In this document: positions 1 through 9,183 of the stretch, piece after piece | How the letters are laid out: the number at the start of each line of letters is the position of its first letter | Numbering within the stretch: position 1 is the stretch's first letter | Assembly: GCA_964567265.1 (NCBI GenBank) | Contig: CAZMLK010000001.1 | Coordinates: 15,832-79,831 of the forward strand | Source of the DNA: an uncultured Candidatus Saccharibacteria bacterium | GTDB taxonomy: Bacteria > Patescibacteriota > Minisyncoccia > Phycocordibacterales > UBA12088 | Direction: 5' to 3' | Length of the DNA stretch: 64,000 bases | The notes under the pieces: generated by a model | What the model was told of the DNA's origin: nothing | What the model saw: the letters and a program-made list of their open reading frames with translations, nothing else | Database searches by the model: none | Made by a program: the position numbers and the translations under genes

Positions 1-315
1 TGTTGCCGCGCGAATGGCTCCGTCAGAGAGCTCCATTTTTTCAGGCACAACAATGAGTTTGTCGTCGTTATCATTTGTGCGGTGGATAATTGCAATACAC
101 TGACCTGTGAAGGTTTCCACCGGATCCTGTATTCCTATTACATATGCATCGAGTTCCTCACCATCTGGGGATTTGGTGTCTGTAATGAAGCCATAATTCA
201 ATTCATAGACAAAGTCATGCTTAGGGTGTTTTGAATGGAGGGGACGATCAATTTTGACTGTCACTATTTTATTTAGAAAATCTGTGGCCACCGTGAATTG
301 ATTTTTTTCATCCAT
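1..315 (-). CDS. ppa: Inorganic pyrophosphatase, C-terminally truncated by window edge
   Basis: Minus-strand translation from ATG at 315..313: MDEKNQFTVATDFLNKIVTVKIDRPLHSKHPKHDFVYELNYGFITDTKSPDGEELDAYVIGIQDPVETFTGQCIAIIHRTNDNDDKLIVVPEK. This matches family I PPase motifs (E. coli NYGYI...DGDPVDVLV...KLVAVP). Not in the ORF track because it runs off the window. Confidence 0.7.
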   Translation of the reverse strand, partial: MDEKNQFTVATDFLNKIVTVKIDRPLHSKHPKHDFVYELNYGFITDTKSPDGEELDAYVIGIQDPVETFTGQCIAIIHRTNDNDDKLIVVPEKMELSDGAIRAAT

Positions 316-393
316 ACAAATTCTTTAATTTTTCAGAGTATAACATAAAAAAACCGGGGCTCTTGGTGAGCCCCGGTTGAATGAAGTGTAATG

Positions 394-1206
394 TCAGGAC
401 GGATCGACAATGACGGTGCACAGATAGTCCCGATGGACTAATATCGCATCTTGTCTAGTGAATGAAGGAGCAGTGCATAGTTCTGGCGGCGGATTCGCAC
501 GAATACAGTAGGGATCACTAAACCCAAGAGGTTCATGATCAGTTCTGCCTTCGAAGTTGGCCCATAGATACGCACGGGAAGGGCAACCGCCTCGGCAACT
601 CTCGAGGTGCTCACAGCCTCTGCACTGACTTGTTAATTCCGGGCGGGCACGTCTTCTCCTGAATGCTTCAAATTCCTTGCTAGCTATGATGCCCTCAAGG
701 TCTTCCGTAAGAAGGTCGCCTACCTTAAAGTCGTGGGCATAGACACACGGACTCACTGGAACCCGACCGTCAGGAGTTATCGAATGAATCCGGAATGATT
801 TGGTACCACAAGGGCAACCCCGTGAATTCTGACTAGTGAAGGTCGACGCAAGTGGTTCCCCCATCTCCACGACCTTACAGGACGTGAAGAGGCGATGGCA
901 GGTTCGGTAGAAGGTCTCCACGTCAGGTACCAGTTCCATGTGGTATGGCTCAGTGGGCTTCATAAAGTTGATGCGTACTAGAGCTTTTTGCGCGCGCGAG
1001 GGGCAGCAATGTTGTGAAAGAGGCATTTTTGTCCACTTTCGAAAGTAGGTGATACGGGCTTTTAAATTGGACTGAAGCCGTTTTTTATTCCTGACCGAGA
1101 GGTTCCAAAGTAGCTTTTCTAAGATAAGCCGCTTATTTGCGTTGCTCACTTCCCTAGAAGGAACTATACATAAAGGATTTCGGAGCGGGCCACACACATC
1201 AAGCAT
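394..1206 (-). CDS. SPASM-domain Cys-rich protein (C-terminal half of a radical-SAM/SPASM maturase; no radical-SAM core present)
   Basis: Contains CRGCEHLESCRGGCP, i.e. C-X2-C-X5-C-X-GGC, the SPASM auxiliary Fe-S motif, plus upstream Cys pairs (CHRLFTSC, CPCG...SPC). There is no CxxxCxxC radical-SAM motif, and the ORF plus upstream DNA are too short to hold a radical-SAM core. The true start is uncertain (possibly the internal MKPTEPYHM). Confidence 0.45.
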   Translation of the reverse strand: MLDVCGPLRNPLCIVPSREVSNANKRLILEKLLWNLSVRNKKRLQSNLKARITYFRKWTKMPLSQHCCPSRAQKALVRINFMKPTEPYHMELVPDVETFYRTCHRLFTSCKVVEMGEPLASTFTSQNSRGCPCGTKSFRIHSITPDGRVPVSPCVYAHDFKVGDLLTEDLEGIIASKEFEAFRRRRARPELTSQCRGCEHLESCRGGCPSRAYLWANFEGRTDHEPLGFSDPYCIRANPPPELCTAPSFTRQDAILVHRDYLCTVIVDPS

Positions 1207-1420
1207 ATCTCACACTATATGCTGGGGAATATTGGAACCACGATCTTTATTTCCGGGACCGCCTGCTTCGTCACCCGGACGAGGTTCAGGAGTATGCATT
1301 ATTGAAAATGGATATTGCTCGCGAGTATCCAGAGAGATCCACTGGGGTGTCCTGAAGGAAAGACTGAGTACATCAATGCAGAGGCCGCAAAGGCTAAAGA
1401 ATTGAGTTCGGAGCAGAGGG
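1158..1420 (+). pseudogene. GrpB-family protein remnant (C-terminal fragment, frameshifted)
   Basis: Plus-strand frame reads YWNHDLYFRDRLLRHPDEVQEYALLKMDIAREYPE, then after a frameshift DPLGCPEGKTEYINAEAAKAKEL. This resembles the GrpB C-terminus consensus (FRDYLRAHPE..A.EY..LK..LA...DR.AYTEAKT.FI). An in-frame stop lies just upstream and no N-terminal part is present. Confidence 0.35.
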
Positions 1421-1481
1421 TGCGTGCATCACGTGTATGGATTTTGCTCACAACTATAGAGTAGTATACTGAAGTCAAACT

Positions 1482-3881
1482 ATGCGAGGAATGAAATTTC
1501 ATATTGCGAAATTTGTGACTTCTCTAACAGTGCTCTTATTGTTTGTAATATCATTTCCACTTTCGGCCCATGCGACAGTGCCGGCGGCGGCACAACTTTT
1601 GGACTCGACTGAAAACCCCTACACCTCAACCGGTGTTCGTGTGACGGTCTCGAATGCAGGCAGTATGTACGGTCTCGCAAACGACCGCACTAGCGCGTAC
1701 ATCATCAATTCGAGCGGAAACATTTATACGGTTCCATTGGCGGCACTCGCTGCTTTGTCGGGAGGTTCGTCGACGAGCACGAACGGTACGGCGCATACGG
1801 TTGGCTGGAGTTCCGGCGGCGCACCAGCATGGCCCAATTCATCACAAGGGAGCATCGTCTACAGTCATGGGTGTGTTTTTATGACGAGTGCAGAAGGAAG
1901 TGGCACCACTCCTGGCACTATAGAACTATATTGCATCGACACGTCGGACTATTCGGTCACCCAGATTACGGTGCCCTCGGATAATCCACTTCCGAACGGG
2001 AATTATTTTGCCTATAGCAATCTTGTTGATTTTCCAGATGGGCGAATAGGTAAGGTCTCGAAGTATGTCGATATGGGCGGCGGCGTGTATCGCTCTACCT
2101 TGCGACTTTACACTGTCTCAGGAACGGGCAAGAATGCCACCCTCACGTGGTCCGAGGACATACAGATGAGTGACACAAACAACTGGGCTGTTGATGAGCA
2201 CGGTCTTGGGACCGACGGTACCTATCTGTACCGTATCCAATGGAGGGACGTAAATCCAAATACAAAAGTATGGCAATTGGCGAGCGGGGCAACGTCGACG
2301 GTCGTATACTCGGGAAATTTCACACGAGCGTTCGATAACATGCACTTCCTTTCTCATAACCATACCGGCAACTACTATCTGATAGGCTACTATTCCCAGA
2401 ACCAATTTTTTATTACAACCTCTGCGGATCCGGGTCCAGGACCCGGCAACCCCCTCACGCCTACATTCGCGACGCCGACGTACTCCTCGACCAGTTTTAC
2501 CGTGCAGGTAAGCAACTACGACAGCTCGTTTACCTGGGTGGTTTCCAGTACTGCGGGGAGTGTGAGCATCAACGGAACCGGCCTCATCTCCGTGACAGGT
2601 CTCTCTGGACAAGGTGCATCTGCAACGATAACTGCTTCGACGACAAAGAGCGGTATACCGGACGGATCCGCTAGTCTTACTGGTACGATACCGGACACGA
2701 CGGCACCCGTACTTTCTTCGATTGCGTCTTCGACAGCAGCAACGACCGCCAGTGTGACGTGGACGACGAACGAAGCCGCTTCAACAAAAATGGTATATTC
2801 CACGGACACTTCATATGCGTCATCTACATCCGAGGCAGATACCGGTACGCGCGTCATGAGCCACAGCAAATCACTCAGCGGCCTAGTTTCTTGCACAACG
2901 TATACGTTTAAAGTTGTTTCTTCAGATGCCTCAGGGAACTATGCGACCTCTTCCGCAAGCACATTCACCACAACAGGCTGCCCTGGCGGCGCGATACCTT
3001 CTTCTTCAACTTCTACCGCAATCACTGTGAGTTCTGCGGCCACGAGTACGGTGACGGATTCGGGTCGCACACTCACCGTATCGACGCCCGTAAACTTTAC
3101 GGCTACGTCCTCCTCGGTCATTATTCAAATCAAAGGACTCTCCTCAAACACCGTGCTTGGCTCAATAGGGAAGCCGGGCAGTCTTTCCAGCGCCGCTAGT
3201 CTGGTATTCGACGTCACCGCACTCATCGACAACGCCACCGTGCTCGACTCGTTTGATTCTCCGGTCACTATTTCCTATACCTATACCGACACTGACATAT
3301 CAGGGCTCAATGAAAGTTCGCTGACGATGTATCACTACCACAGCGGCTCATGGCTTGCGCTCAGTGACTGCTCGGTCAATACCAGCACAAACACAATAAC
3401 CTGTTCGACGTCGAGCTTCTCAACATTTGCGATTTTCGGTACCGCGCAGTCGTCATCATCTAATTCCTCCGTGGGAGGAGCCTCGCTGCCGTGGTGTTCG
3501 AGTCCGTCTGCACCGGGGTGGAATGTAAGCATGTCGGGAGGAGGGTGTCGTAAAGTTGTTCTGGAGACATCAACTGCTGTACCGGAAAATATGGCCGTCT
3601 GCCCGAGATACACATTTGTTCGCTCGTTGCGTCGAGGTATGGTCGGTGAAGATGTCCGAAACTTACAGAAATTGATGAACTGCCTCGGCTTTTCACTCGG
3701 CACAAGCGGTCCGGGCTCACCAGGTAATGAGACTACCATTTTTGTTGGTCGAACCGACGACGCTGTAAAGAAGTTTCAAAATGCATATTCCGCTGAGGTG
3801 CTGGCTCCGATAGGAATCAAAAAACCTACGGGAATTTTTGGTGAACGTTCCCAGAAGAAGGTGAAAGAACTCCTCAATTAG
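1482..3881 (+). CDS. Large secreted cell-surface protein with C-terminal peptidoglycan-binding (PG_binding_1-like) domain
   Basis: N-terminal signal peptide (MRGMKFHIAKFVTSLTVLLLFVISFPLSAHA). Ser/Thr-rich Ig/Fn3-like repeats follow. The C-terminus RSLRRGMVGEDVRNLQKLMNCLGFSLG...DDAVKKFQNAYS is typical of PG-binding domain 1. Confidence 0.7.
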   Translation: MRGMKFHIAKFVTSLTVLLLFVISFPLSAHATVPAAAQLLDSTENPYTSTGVRVTVSNAGSMYGLANDRTSAYIINSSGNIYTVPLAALAALSGGSSTSTNGTAHTVGWSSGGAPAWPNSSQGSIVYSHGCVFMTSAEGSGTTPGTIELYCIDTSDYSVTQITVPSDNPLPNGNYFAYSNLVDFPDGRIGKVSKYVDMGGGVYRSTLRLYTVSGTGKNATLTWSEDIQMSDTNNWAVDEHGLGTDGTYLYRIQWRDVNPNTKVWQLASGATSTVVYSGNFTRAFDNMHFLSHNHTGNYYLIGYYSQNQFFITTSADPGPGPGNPLTPTFATPTYSSTSFTVQVSNYDSSFTWVVSSTAGSVSINGTGLISVTGLSGQGASATITASTTKSGIPDGSASLTGTIPDTTAPVLSSIASSTAATTASVTWTTNEAASTKMVYSTDTSYASSTSEADTGTRVMSHSKSLSGLVSCTTYTFKVVSSDASGNYATSSASTFTTTGCPGGAIPSSSTSTAITVSSAATSTVTDSGRTLTVSTPVNFTATSSSVIIQIKGLSSNTVLGSIGKPGSLSSAASLVFDVTALIDNATVLDSFDSPVTISYTYTDTDISGLNESSLTMYHYHSGSWLALSDCSVNTSTNTITCSTSSFSTFAIFGTAQSSSSNSSVGGASLPWCSSPSAPGWNVSMSGGGCRKVVLETSTAVPENMAVCPRYTFVRSLRRGMVGEDVRNLQKLMNCLGFSLGTSGPGSPGNETTIFVGRTDDAVKKFQNAYSAEVLAPIGIKKPTGIFGERSQKKVKELLN

Positions 3882-3982
3882 TCAGCTCCAAAAAGCATAG
3901 TAGTATTTTTCCGGCTTACCCGAACATCACATAACTTTACTTTGCAACCAATTCGGCTGTCTGGTGGTTAGTAGGTGTATCC

Positions 3983-5521
3983 ATGAATACATTCAGCCAA
4001 CATACGAAGATGCTGCTTCTGGCGGCAGTCTCACTCGCCCTCGGGGTCCTGTGGACGTACCTCTTCTATAAGCAGAATATAGGCCTCAATTTCTCGATCT
4101 TCATGATCCTGGTCGCAGGAGGAGGGGTGCTGCTCTCAAGGATTTTTTCCCGCCAGCTCGGAGGAGGAGTCTATGCGCTTATCGCGGCAAGCCTCTTCTT
4201 TTCATCGATGGTATTCGTTCGCTCGAGCGAGCTCCTCTCTGTCTTCAATGTTCTCGGAAGCTTGTCCCTCTTTCTTCTTGTTGGAAGCGTCCTTGGCGGC
4301 AAACAATTGCGCTCGTTCCTGCCGATCGATTACGTGAAAGTATTCTTCCTCCCGCTCCGTTTTCTCGCCCCATTCTGGGTAACATTCTCAGATATCATTT
4401 CCCTGAACCGGATCGCGAAAGAGGGGACGCGAGCGCGGGAGATACTCCGCGGGAGCCTCATGGCGGCAATCGCGCTCGCGGCGTTCGGCCTCCTGTTCGC
4501 ATCGGCCGATACGGGATTCGCGAATCTATTTTCAAAAGTATTCTCTTTCTCGATCAATCAAGATTTCTTCAATACAACACTCCTTGCGGCAATCGTCACG
4601 GCATTCTTCATCGGGACATTCGGCTTCATCTTCAACACGCTCCACGCGGATGAGGGAGCGCGACCTGAAGGAGGGAAGCGGCGGCTCGGCGCGCTCGAGA
4701 CCACGATCCTTCTCGGTTCCATAAACGCGCTCTTCCTCGTATTCATCCTTCTCCAGATATCGTATCTCTTCGGAGGCGTTGCCCATCTCGTGGATCAGGG
4801 CCTCACCTATGCGGACTATGCGCGCGAAGGATTCTTCCAGCTGATCGCAGTCGCGATCCTCTCGTTCCTCATAATCGCCTTCGCCGAATGGCAGATCATC
4901 AAAACCGACAAGGGGCATTTCCATTCGTTCAAGCTCTTGAGCGGAGCGCTCGTGGCGCAGGTCATCCTCATCCTCGTGTCCGCATTCTCTAGGCTTTCAC
5001 TGTATGAGCATGCATACGGCTTCACCACCATCCGACTCTACAGCCATGCGTTCATGATCTGGATCGGCTTCGCGCTCTTCCTCCTATCTGTCCATATCTG
5101 GAAGAATGGGAGGCAGGAAGCCCTCGCGTTCCAGGTCTTCTGTGCCGTGGTCCTGTTCCTCTTCGGGATGAACGCGATGAATCCCGATGTATTCATCTCA
5201 AAGAAAAATATCGACCGCTATCACGAAACGGGGAAGATCGATGTCGGCTACCTGAGTACGCTCTCGGATGACGCGCTCCTGTACACCATTCCGCTCCTCG
5301 ATGATCCGAACGAAGAGGTGCGAAAGAGTTTCGCGAACGCATTGTACTCCCGCGAATGCGGCACGGCCGGATGCGGCGAGATCCGCGCACATTCGTGGAA
5401 GTCAGAGCGTCTCTCGCATACGAACACGGAAAGCCTGCTCGCCTCGCGGAGAGCCATGCTGGAAGAGAACAAGGATTGGTCCACGACGACGCCTTCGAGC
5501 ACGGTTCCTGACAACCGATAA
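3983..5521 (+). CDS. Polytopic integral membrane protein (DUF4173-like)
   Basis: About 12 predicted hydrophobic helices throughout. No catalytic motif recognised. Confidence 0.55.
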   Translation: MNTFSQHTKMLLLAAVSLALGVLWTYLFYKQNIGLNFSIFMILVAGGGVLLSRIFSRQLGGGVYALIAASLFFSSMVFVRSSELLSVFNVLGSLSLFLLVGSVLGGKQLRSFLPIDYVKVFFLPLRFLAPFWVTFSDIISLNRIAKEGTRAREILRGSLMAAIALAAFGLLFASADTGFANLFSKVFSFSINQDFFNTTLLAAIVTAFFIGTFGFIFNTLHADEGARPEGGKRRLGALETTILLGSINALFLVFILLQISYLFGGVAHLVDQGLTYADYAREGFFQLIAVAILSFLIIAFAEWQIIKTDKGHFHSFKLLSGALVAQVILILVSAFSRLSLYEHAYGFTTIRLYSHAFMIWIGFALFLLSVHIWKNGRQEALAFQVFCAVVLFLFGMNAMNPDVFISKKNIDRYHETGKIDVGYLSTLSDDALLYTIPLLDDPNEEVRKSFANALYSRECGTAGCGEIRAHSWKSERLSHTNTESLLASRRAMLEENKDWSTTTPSSTVPDNR

Positions 5522-5534
5522 ATTTATTGGTACC

Positions 5535-5891
5535 ATGCAGGATATGAAAAAATTCTTTGTGCTGTATCGCGTGCCGGTCGAAGTAATGGCCGAGTGGAAG
5601 AAGAACACCTCGCCCGAGGAGATGAAGGCCCAGAGCGAGGCCATGGGAGAGAAGATGATGGCGTGGATGGCGAAGAATGAAAAAAGCATCGTTGATAAGG
5701 GGCTGCCGCTCGGGAAGAATACGCGGCTCACGGCAGCAGGTGCTGAGGCGGTCTCAAACGATCTCAACTATTACACCGTCGTCGAAGCCGAGTCGCCTGA
5801 AGATGTCGCCCAGATGTTCAAGGAGAATCCGCATCTCGATATCCCGGGCGCATACCTCGATGTGATGGAGGTGCCCCACGTGGGAATGTAG
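5535..5891 (+). CDS. Hypothetical small soluble protein
   Basis: Internal ATG at 5535 (MQDMKKFFVLYRVPVEVMAEW...) lies in frame within track ORF 5268..5891. The upstream part of that ORF overlaps the preceding gene, so the shorter start is preferred. Confidence 0.45.
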   Translation: MQDMKKFFVLYRVPVEVMAEWKKNTSPEEMKAQSEAMGEKMMAWMAKNEKSIVDKGLPLGKNTRLTAAGAEAVSNDLNYYTVVEAESPEDVAQMFKENPHLDIPGAYLDVMEVPHVGM

Positions 5892-5949
5892 TCCCGGTGT
5901 AAGGTGCCACGGGACTCTGCGTCCTCTAATACATCAGCTTCTAATATTC

Positions 5950-6540
5950 GTGTATATGACAGGTAAAAATGCATTGGTTGCCGCGGGTTCGGTCCTCGTC
6001 ATCGTCCTGCTCGGGTATTTCTTCTTTGCCGGACGTGCATCAAACGAGCTTCCAGTCGATCTGGATCCGACGCCGCAGACCGTCACCCTCTCAGGGACGA
6101 TGGAATGCCTGCCGCATCTGAATACCGACGGGCCGCAGACCGAGGAGTGCGCATTCGGGCTCAAGACCGATGACGGCGTCCACTACGCGGTCAATTTCGG
6201 AGAAGGGGCCGATGCAGCAGTGCTCTTCCAGGGCGGCGCGCATATCACCGCAGACGGATTCGTCGTCATCAAGGAAGCGCTCAGCTCCGACCAGTGGGCG
6301 AAGTACGACATGAAGGGGATCTTCACGATCACGAAGATGATCGACCCGGCTCCGACACCGGGCGGTGCCGCAGGGAAGCTCGACATCAATACCGTGTGCC
6401 GGAGCGCGCTCGCATACATGACCTTCCCGGACGCGGCAAGCGCGGACGCATTCGTCGCAGCTTGCGTCGATGGCAAGCATCCTGAAGTCATCGAGCGGTA
6501 CAAGAAAGACATGGGCCTCGGCGACGGCGCCGCGATCTAA
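5950..6540 (+). CDS. Hypothetical membrane-anchored protein
   Basis: Single N-terminal TM helix (ALVAAGSVLVIVLLGYFFFAG), then a Cys-containing soluble domain. Confidence 0.5.
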   Translation: MYMTGKNALVAAGSVLVIVLLGYFFFAGRASNELPVDLDPTPQTVTLSGTMECLPHLNTDGPQTEECAFGLKTDDGVHYAVNFGEGADAAVLFQGGAHITADGFVVIKEALSSDQWAKYDMKGIFTITKMIDPAPTPGGAAGKLDINTVCRSALAYMTFPDAASADAFVAACVDGKHPEVIERYKKDMGLGDGAAI

Positions 6541-6606
6541 GGAATCAAACCACTCGCATGTGAAAAGGACCTTCCGCGTGAGCGGAAGGGCCTTTCGTTC
6601 CTTCTT

Positions 6607-8037
6607 TCAATTCAAGAGCGCCGCGGCGTCCTCGGCGAGACGGCAGCTCTCGCCTTGGCATGCCGCAAGGAGCTTCGTTCTGGCTTCAAAATCGGCGAGG
6701 ATTGCGGGCGATGCATATGCACTGAGATTGCGCATCTGGAACGGGTCGCCGGGGCCGTAGAGTTCCCGGTCACCGTTGTGATGGCTGATGGAAAGCCATC
6801 CGTCGATGGTGCGCACGGCATCATAGCGGCAGGCAGGCTCGCTGCTGTTTTCCTCGCAGAACCGGCGGACGATGAGGAATTGCTTCCGTCCTGGAAGTGT
6901 CGGGTCGCGGAAATACGGAAGCATGCTCCTGCCGTCAAACGCACCATCTTCGCTTTCGACACCTGCCATGTCGAGGATGGTCGGCACCAGATCCGTAAGA
7001 AGAACAAGGTGTTTTTGCGGGACCTGCGCCGGTATCGATGTCCCTTCGCACAGGAACAGGAAGGGCACCTTGCTGTCATCGTCGTATGCGGTCGTCTTGC
7101 CGTATCGATCGCCACGCGCGACCTGGTGGAAGCCGTGATCGGACGTGATGATGAGACAGTAGGGACGGCCTCGATCTGCCCATTGGCGGTGGAGCAGATC
7201 CTGTATCTGGCCGATTGCGAGATCAACCGACGGAAGCGTCTCCGCGCGGTCGCGCGCGTGCAGGGTTGCGGCTTCAAGATATGCTGCTTCGTCGGCGATT
7301 TTGTACGGTTCAATCTCGAGCCACTTTGGCGGATGATCGAGCAGTACTCCGGTTTGTGGCGGAAAAGGAATGGCGAGGTTCTCGAATCGCCGGGACCCCG
7401 GCGGCCGCATATGCTGGCCTGAGTGCGGAGCGACGAAACCGATATTCACGAATACCGGCTCGTCGCGGATGGCCCGCATGCGATCCAACACGTTCCGAGC
7501 AACGAAGTCCGTGTGATAGGACGATTCCTGCCACTCCGTCCCATTTTCCGAAACCATGAAGTCGTAATATTCAGGGCCCATGACAATTGAATCCGTCCAT
7601 CCGGGGAGCGGTCCCGTTGATGGCGCGTGCCCGATATCGCCATTCATGAGCTTGCCAACCTGGATTGTTTTCCACCCGGCGTGGAGAAGACGATTCGCGA
7701 TCGAATTTGTCTCGCCATCATGTGCGCGGAATGCTGCGTAGCCGCCACCCGGTCCGGTGTTATTCAGAACGCCGGTACGGAGAGGACCTCTTCCCGTCAG
7801 CAGCGCCGCGCGAGAGGTGGAGCAGATCGTCGCCTGTGTGAACGCTTCAAAATACATCCCCGCGTTCGCGATCGCATCCAGGTTCGGGAGATCTCCGCGC
7901 GAACGGAGATAGTCGAATGTCCTGGTGTCAAGATCATCGAACGTGATAAGGACAATGGTCGCCGCGTCACGGGGTAGCGCTGATGCGGATGGAGGGAACA
8001 GGCAGAGTGCTGCAAGAACCAGTGCGATGATACGCAT
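6607..8037 (-). CDS. Sulfatase family protein with atypical C-S-T-S-R active-site motif
   Basis: Signal peptide MRIIALVLAALCLFPPSASA. ITFDDLD metal-binding start, CSTSRAALLTGR at the formylglycine position, and the sulfatase ITSDHG motif. Confidence 0.75.
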   Translation of the reverse strand: MRIIALVLAALCLFPPSASALPRDAATIVLITFDDLDTRTFDYLRSRGDLPNLDAIANAGMYFEAFTQATICSTSRAALLTGRGPLRTGVLNNTGPGGGYAAFRAHDGETNSIANRLLHAGWKTIQVGKLMNGDIGHAPSTGPLPGWTDSIVMGPEYYDFMVSENGTEWQESSYHTDFVARNVLDRMRAIRDEPVFVNIGFVAPHSGQHMRPPGSRRFENLAIPFPPQTGVLLDHPPKWLEIEPYKIADEAAYLEAATLHARDRAETLPSVDLAIGQIQDLLHRQWADRGRPYCLIITSDHGFHQVARGDRYGKTTAYDDDSKVPFLFLCEGTSIPAQVPQKHLVLLTDLVPTILDMAGVESEDGAFDGRSMLPYFRDPTLPGRKQFLIVRRFCEENSSEPACRYDAVRTIDGWLSISHHNGDRELYGPGDPFQMRNLSAYASPAILADFEARTKLLAACQGESCRLAEDAAALLN

Positions 8038-8239
8038 GACCCGATTCCTTCTTTTGTGATGAACAGAAGGTCGCCGGGCGGCGACCCAGATACTATCTGG
8101 TACGGTACACCGTATTTACATGTCGTCAACAGAGCCGCCAGCGAGCAAAACCCATGACTGTATCCGCTCCGCATGCTCTCAATAAGTGCAAATATCTACA
8201 ATCATTCTGTTTTCATGTGGCTCGTATATACTTACACTC

Positions 8240-9163
8240 ATGAAAAAAATACTTGTCACGATCATCGTCCTCTTGGTCATTATCCTCGGCGGCTGGTGGC
8301 TGCTCAAATCAAAGCCTGTTGCGGATCCGATCACGATGCCGCTTGCGACCCATACGGTCTCATATTCCTGTAACGGGGGAAGTAGCATCGATGCGGTCCT
8401 TTCCGAGGGTGTCGCCGCGACATCGACGACGCCTGATCAGCCGCCGACCCCGACCGGCAGCGCCGAGGTCAAATTGAGCGACGGACGAACGCTCACGCTC
8501 CCGCAGACCATTTCCGCGAGCGGCGTGCGCTACGCGAACGCAGATGAATCGTTCGTTTTCTGGAGCAAGGGGAACGGGGCATTAGTGCTCGAGAACAATG
8601 TCGAGAAAAGCTATATCGGCTGTGTCGTCGTCGCTCCGCTTCCTGCAGGCAGCACGCTCACGCGTGTCTACTCGAACGGTCCGGAAGGGTTCTCGCTTCG
8701 CCTGCCTGAAGGAGCCGGCACATCCACGAACTTCACCGTCGATGAGACATTCAAGAACCAAATTGCGCCAAAGAAGATCATCGGCGGCACCAAGTTCATG
8801 ATTCCTGCGTCAGTCGCTGAGGGAACAAATCTGAGTACGGATTCCTATCTCAGCGTCGAGAGCATCCCGCAAGCTCCTGCATGTACCGCTGATCTTTTCT
8901 TCGACGGAACGCATCCGACAGTTGAAGAGACCGATAATCGCACGACCTACTCAGTCGCATCCTCGACGGGCGCCGGCGCAGGGAACCGCTACGAAGAAAC
9001 CGTCTATGCGCTTCCCGGAACGAATCCCTGCTTGGCTGTCCGCTATCTCGTCCACTACGGCGTTCTCCAGAACTATCCGGCGGGCACGGTCACGGAATTC
9101 GACAAGCAGGCGCTCCTCGACCAGTTCGACCAGATACGGCGCACGCTGGTCGTGAACCAATAA
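8240..9163 (+). CDS. MliC (membrane-bound lysozyme inhibitor of C-type lysozyme)-like domain protein with C-terminal extension
   Basis: N-terminal TM anchor, then SYSCNGG...LSDGRTLTLPQTISASGVRYANADESFVFWSKGNGALVL, matching the MliC consensus (Y.C...SASGARY...W.KG.EA.L). The ~200-aa C-terminal part is unrecognised. Start chosen at MKKILVTIIV (ATG 8240). Confidence 0.55.
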   Translation: MKKILVTIIVLLVIILGGWWLLKSKPVADPITMPLATHTVSYSCNGGSSIDAVLSEGVAATSTTPDQPPTPTGSAEVKLSDGRTLTLPQTISASGVRYANADESFVFWSKGNGALVLENNVEKSYIGCVVVAPLPAGSTLTRVYSNGPEGFSLRLPEGAGTSTNFTVDETFKNQIAPKKIIGGTKFMIPASVAEGTNLSTDSYLSVESIPQAPACTADLFFDGTHPTVEETDNRTTYSVASSTGAGAGNRYEETVYALPGTNPCLAVRYLVHYGVLQNYPAGTVTEFDKQALLDQFDQIRRTLVVNQ

Positions 9164-9183
9164 TTGAAATATCTCGCGAATTT

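Noticed and set aside
1142-1405. 87-aa plus-strand ORF from the track
   Set aside because: The frame is a composite of two GrpB-like fragments joined out of frame. It is treated as a pseudogene remnant rather than a functional CDS.
6612-7422. ORFs 6612..7313 (-) and 6655..7422 (+) overlapping the sulfatase
   Set aside because: The sulfatase frame carries a signal peptide, the formylglycine motif and the SDHG motif. The alternative frames are Arg/Ser-rich with no motifs.
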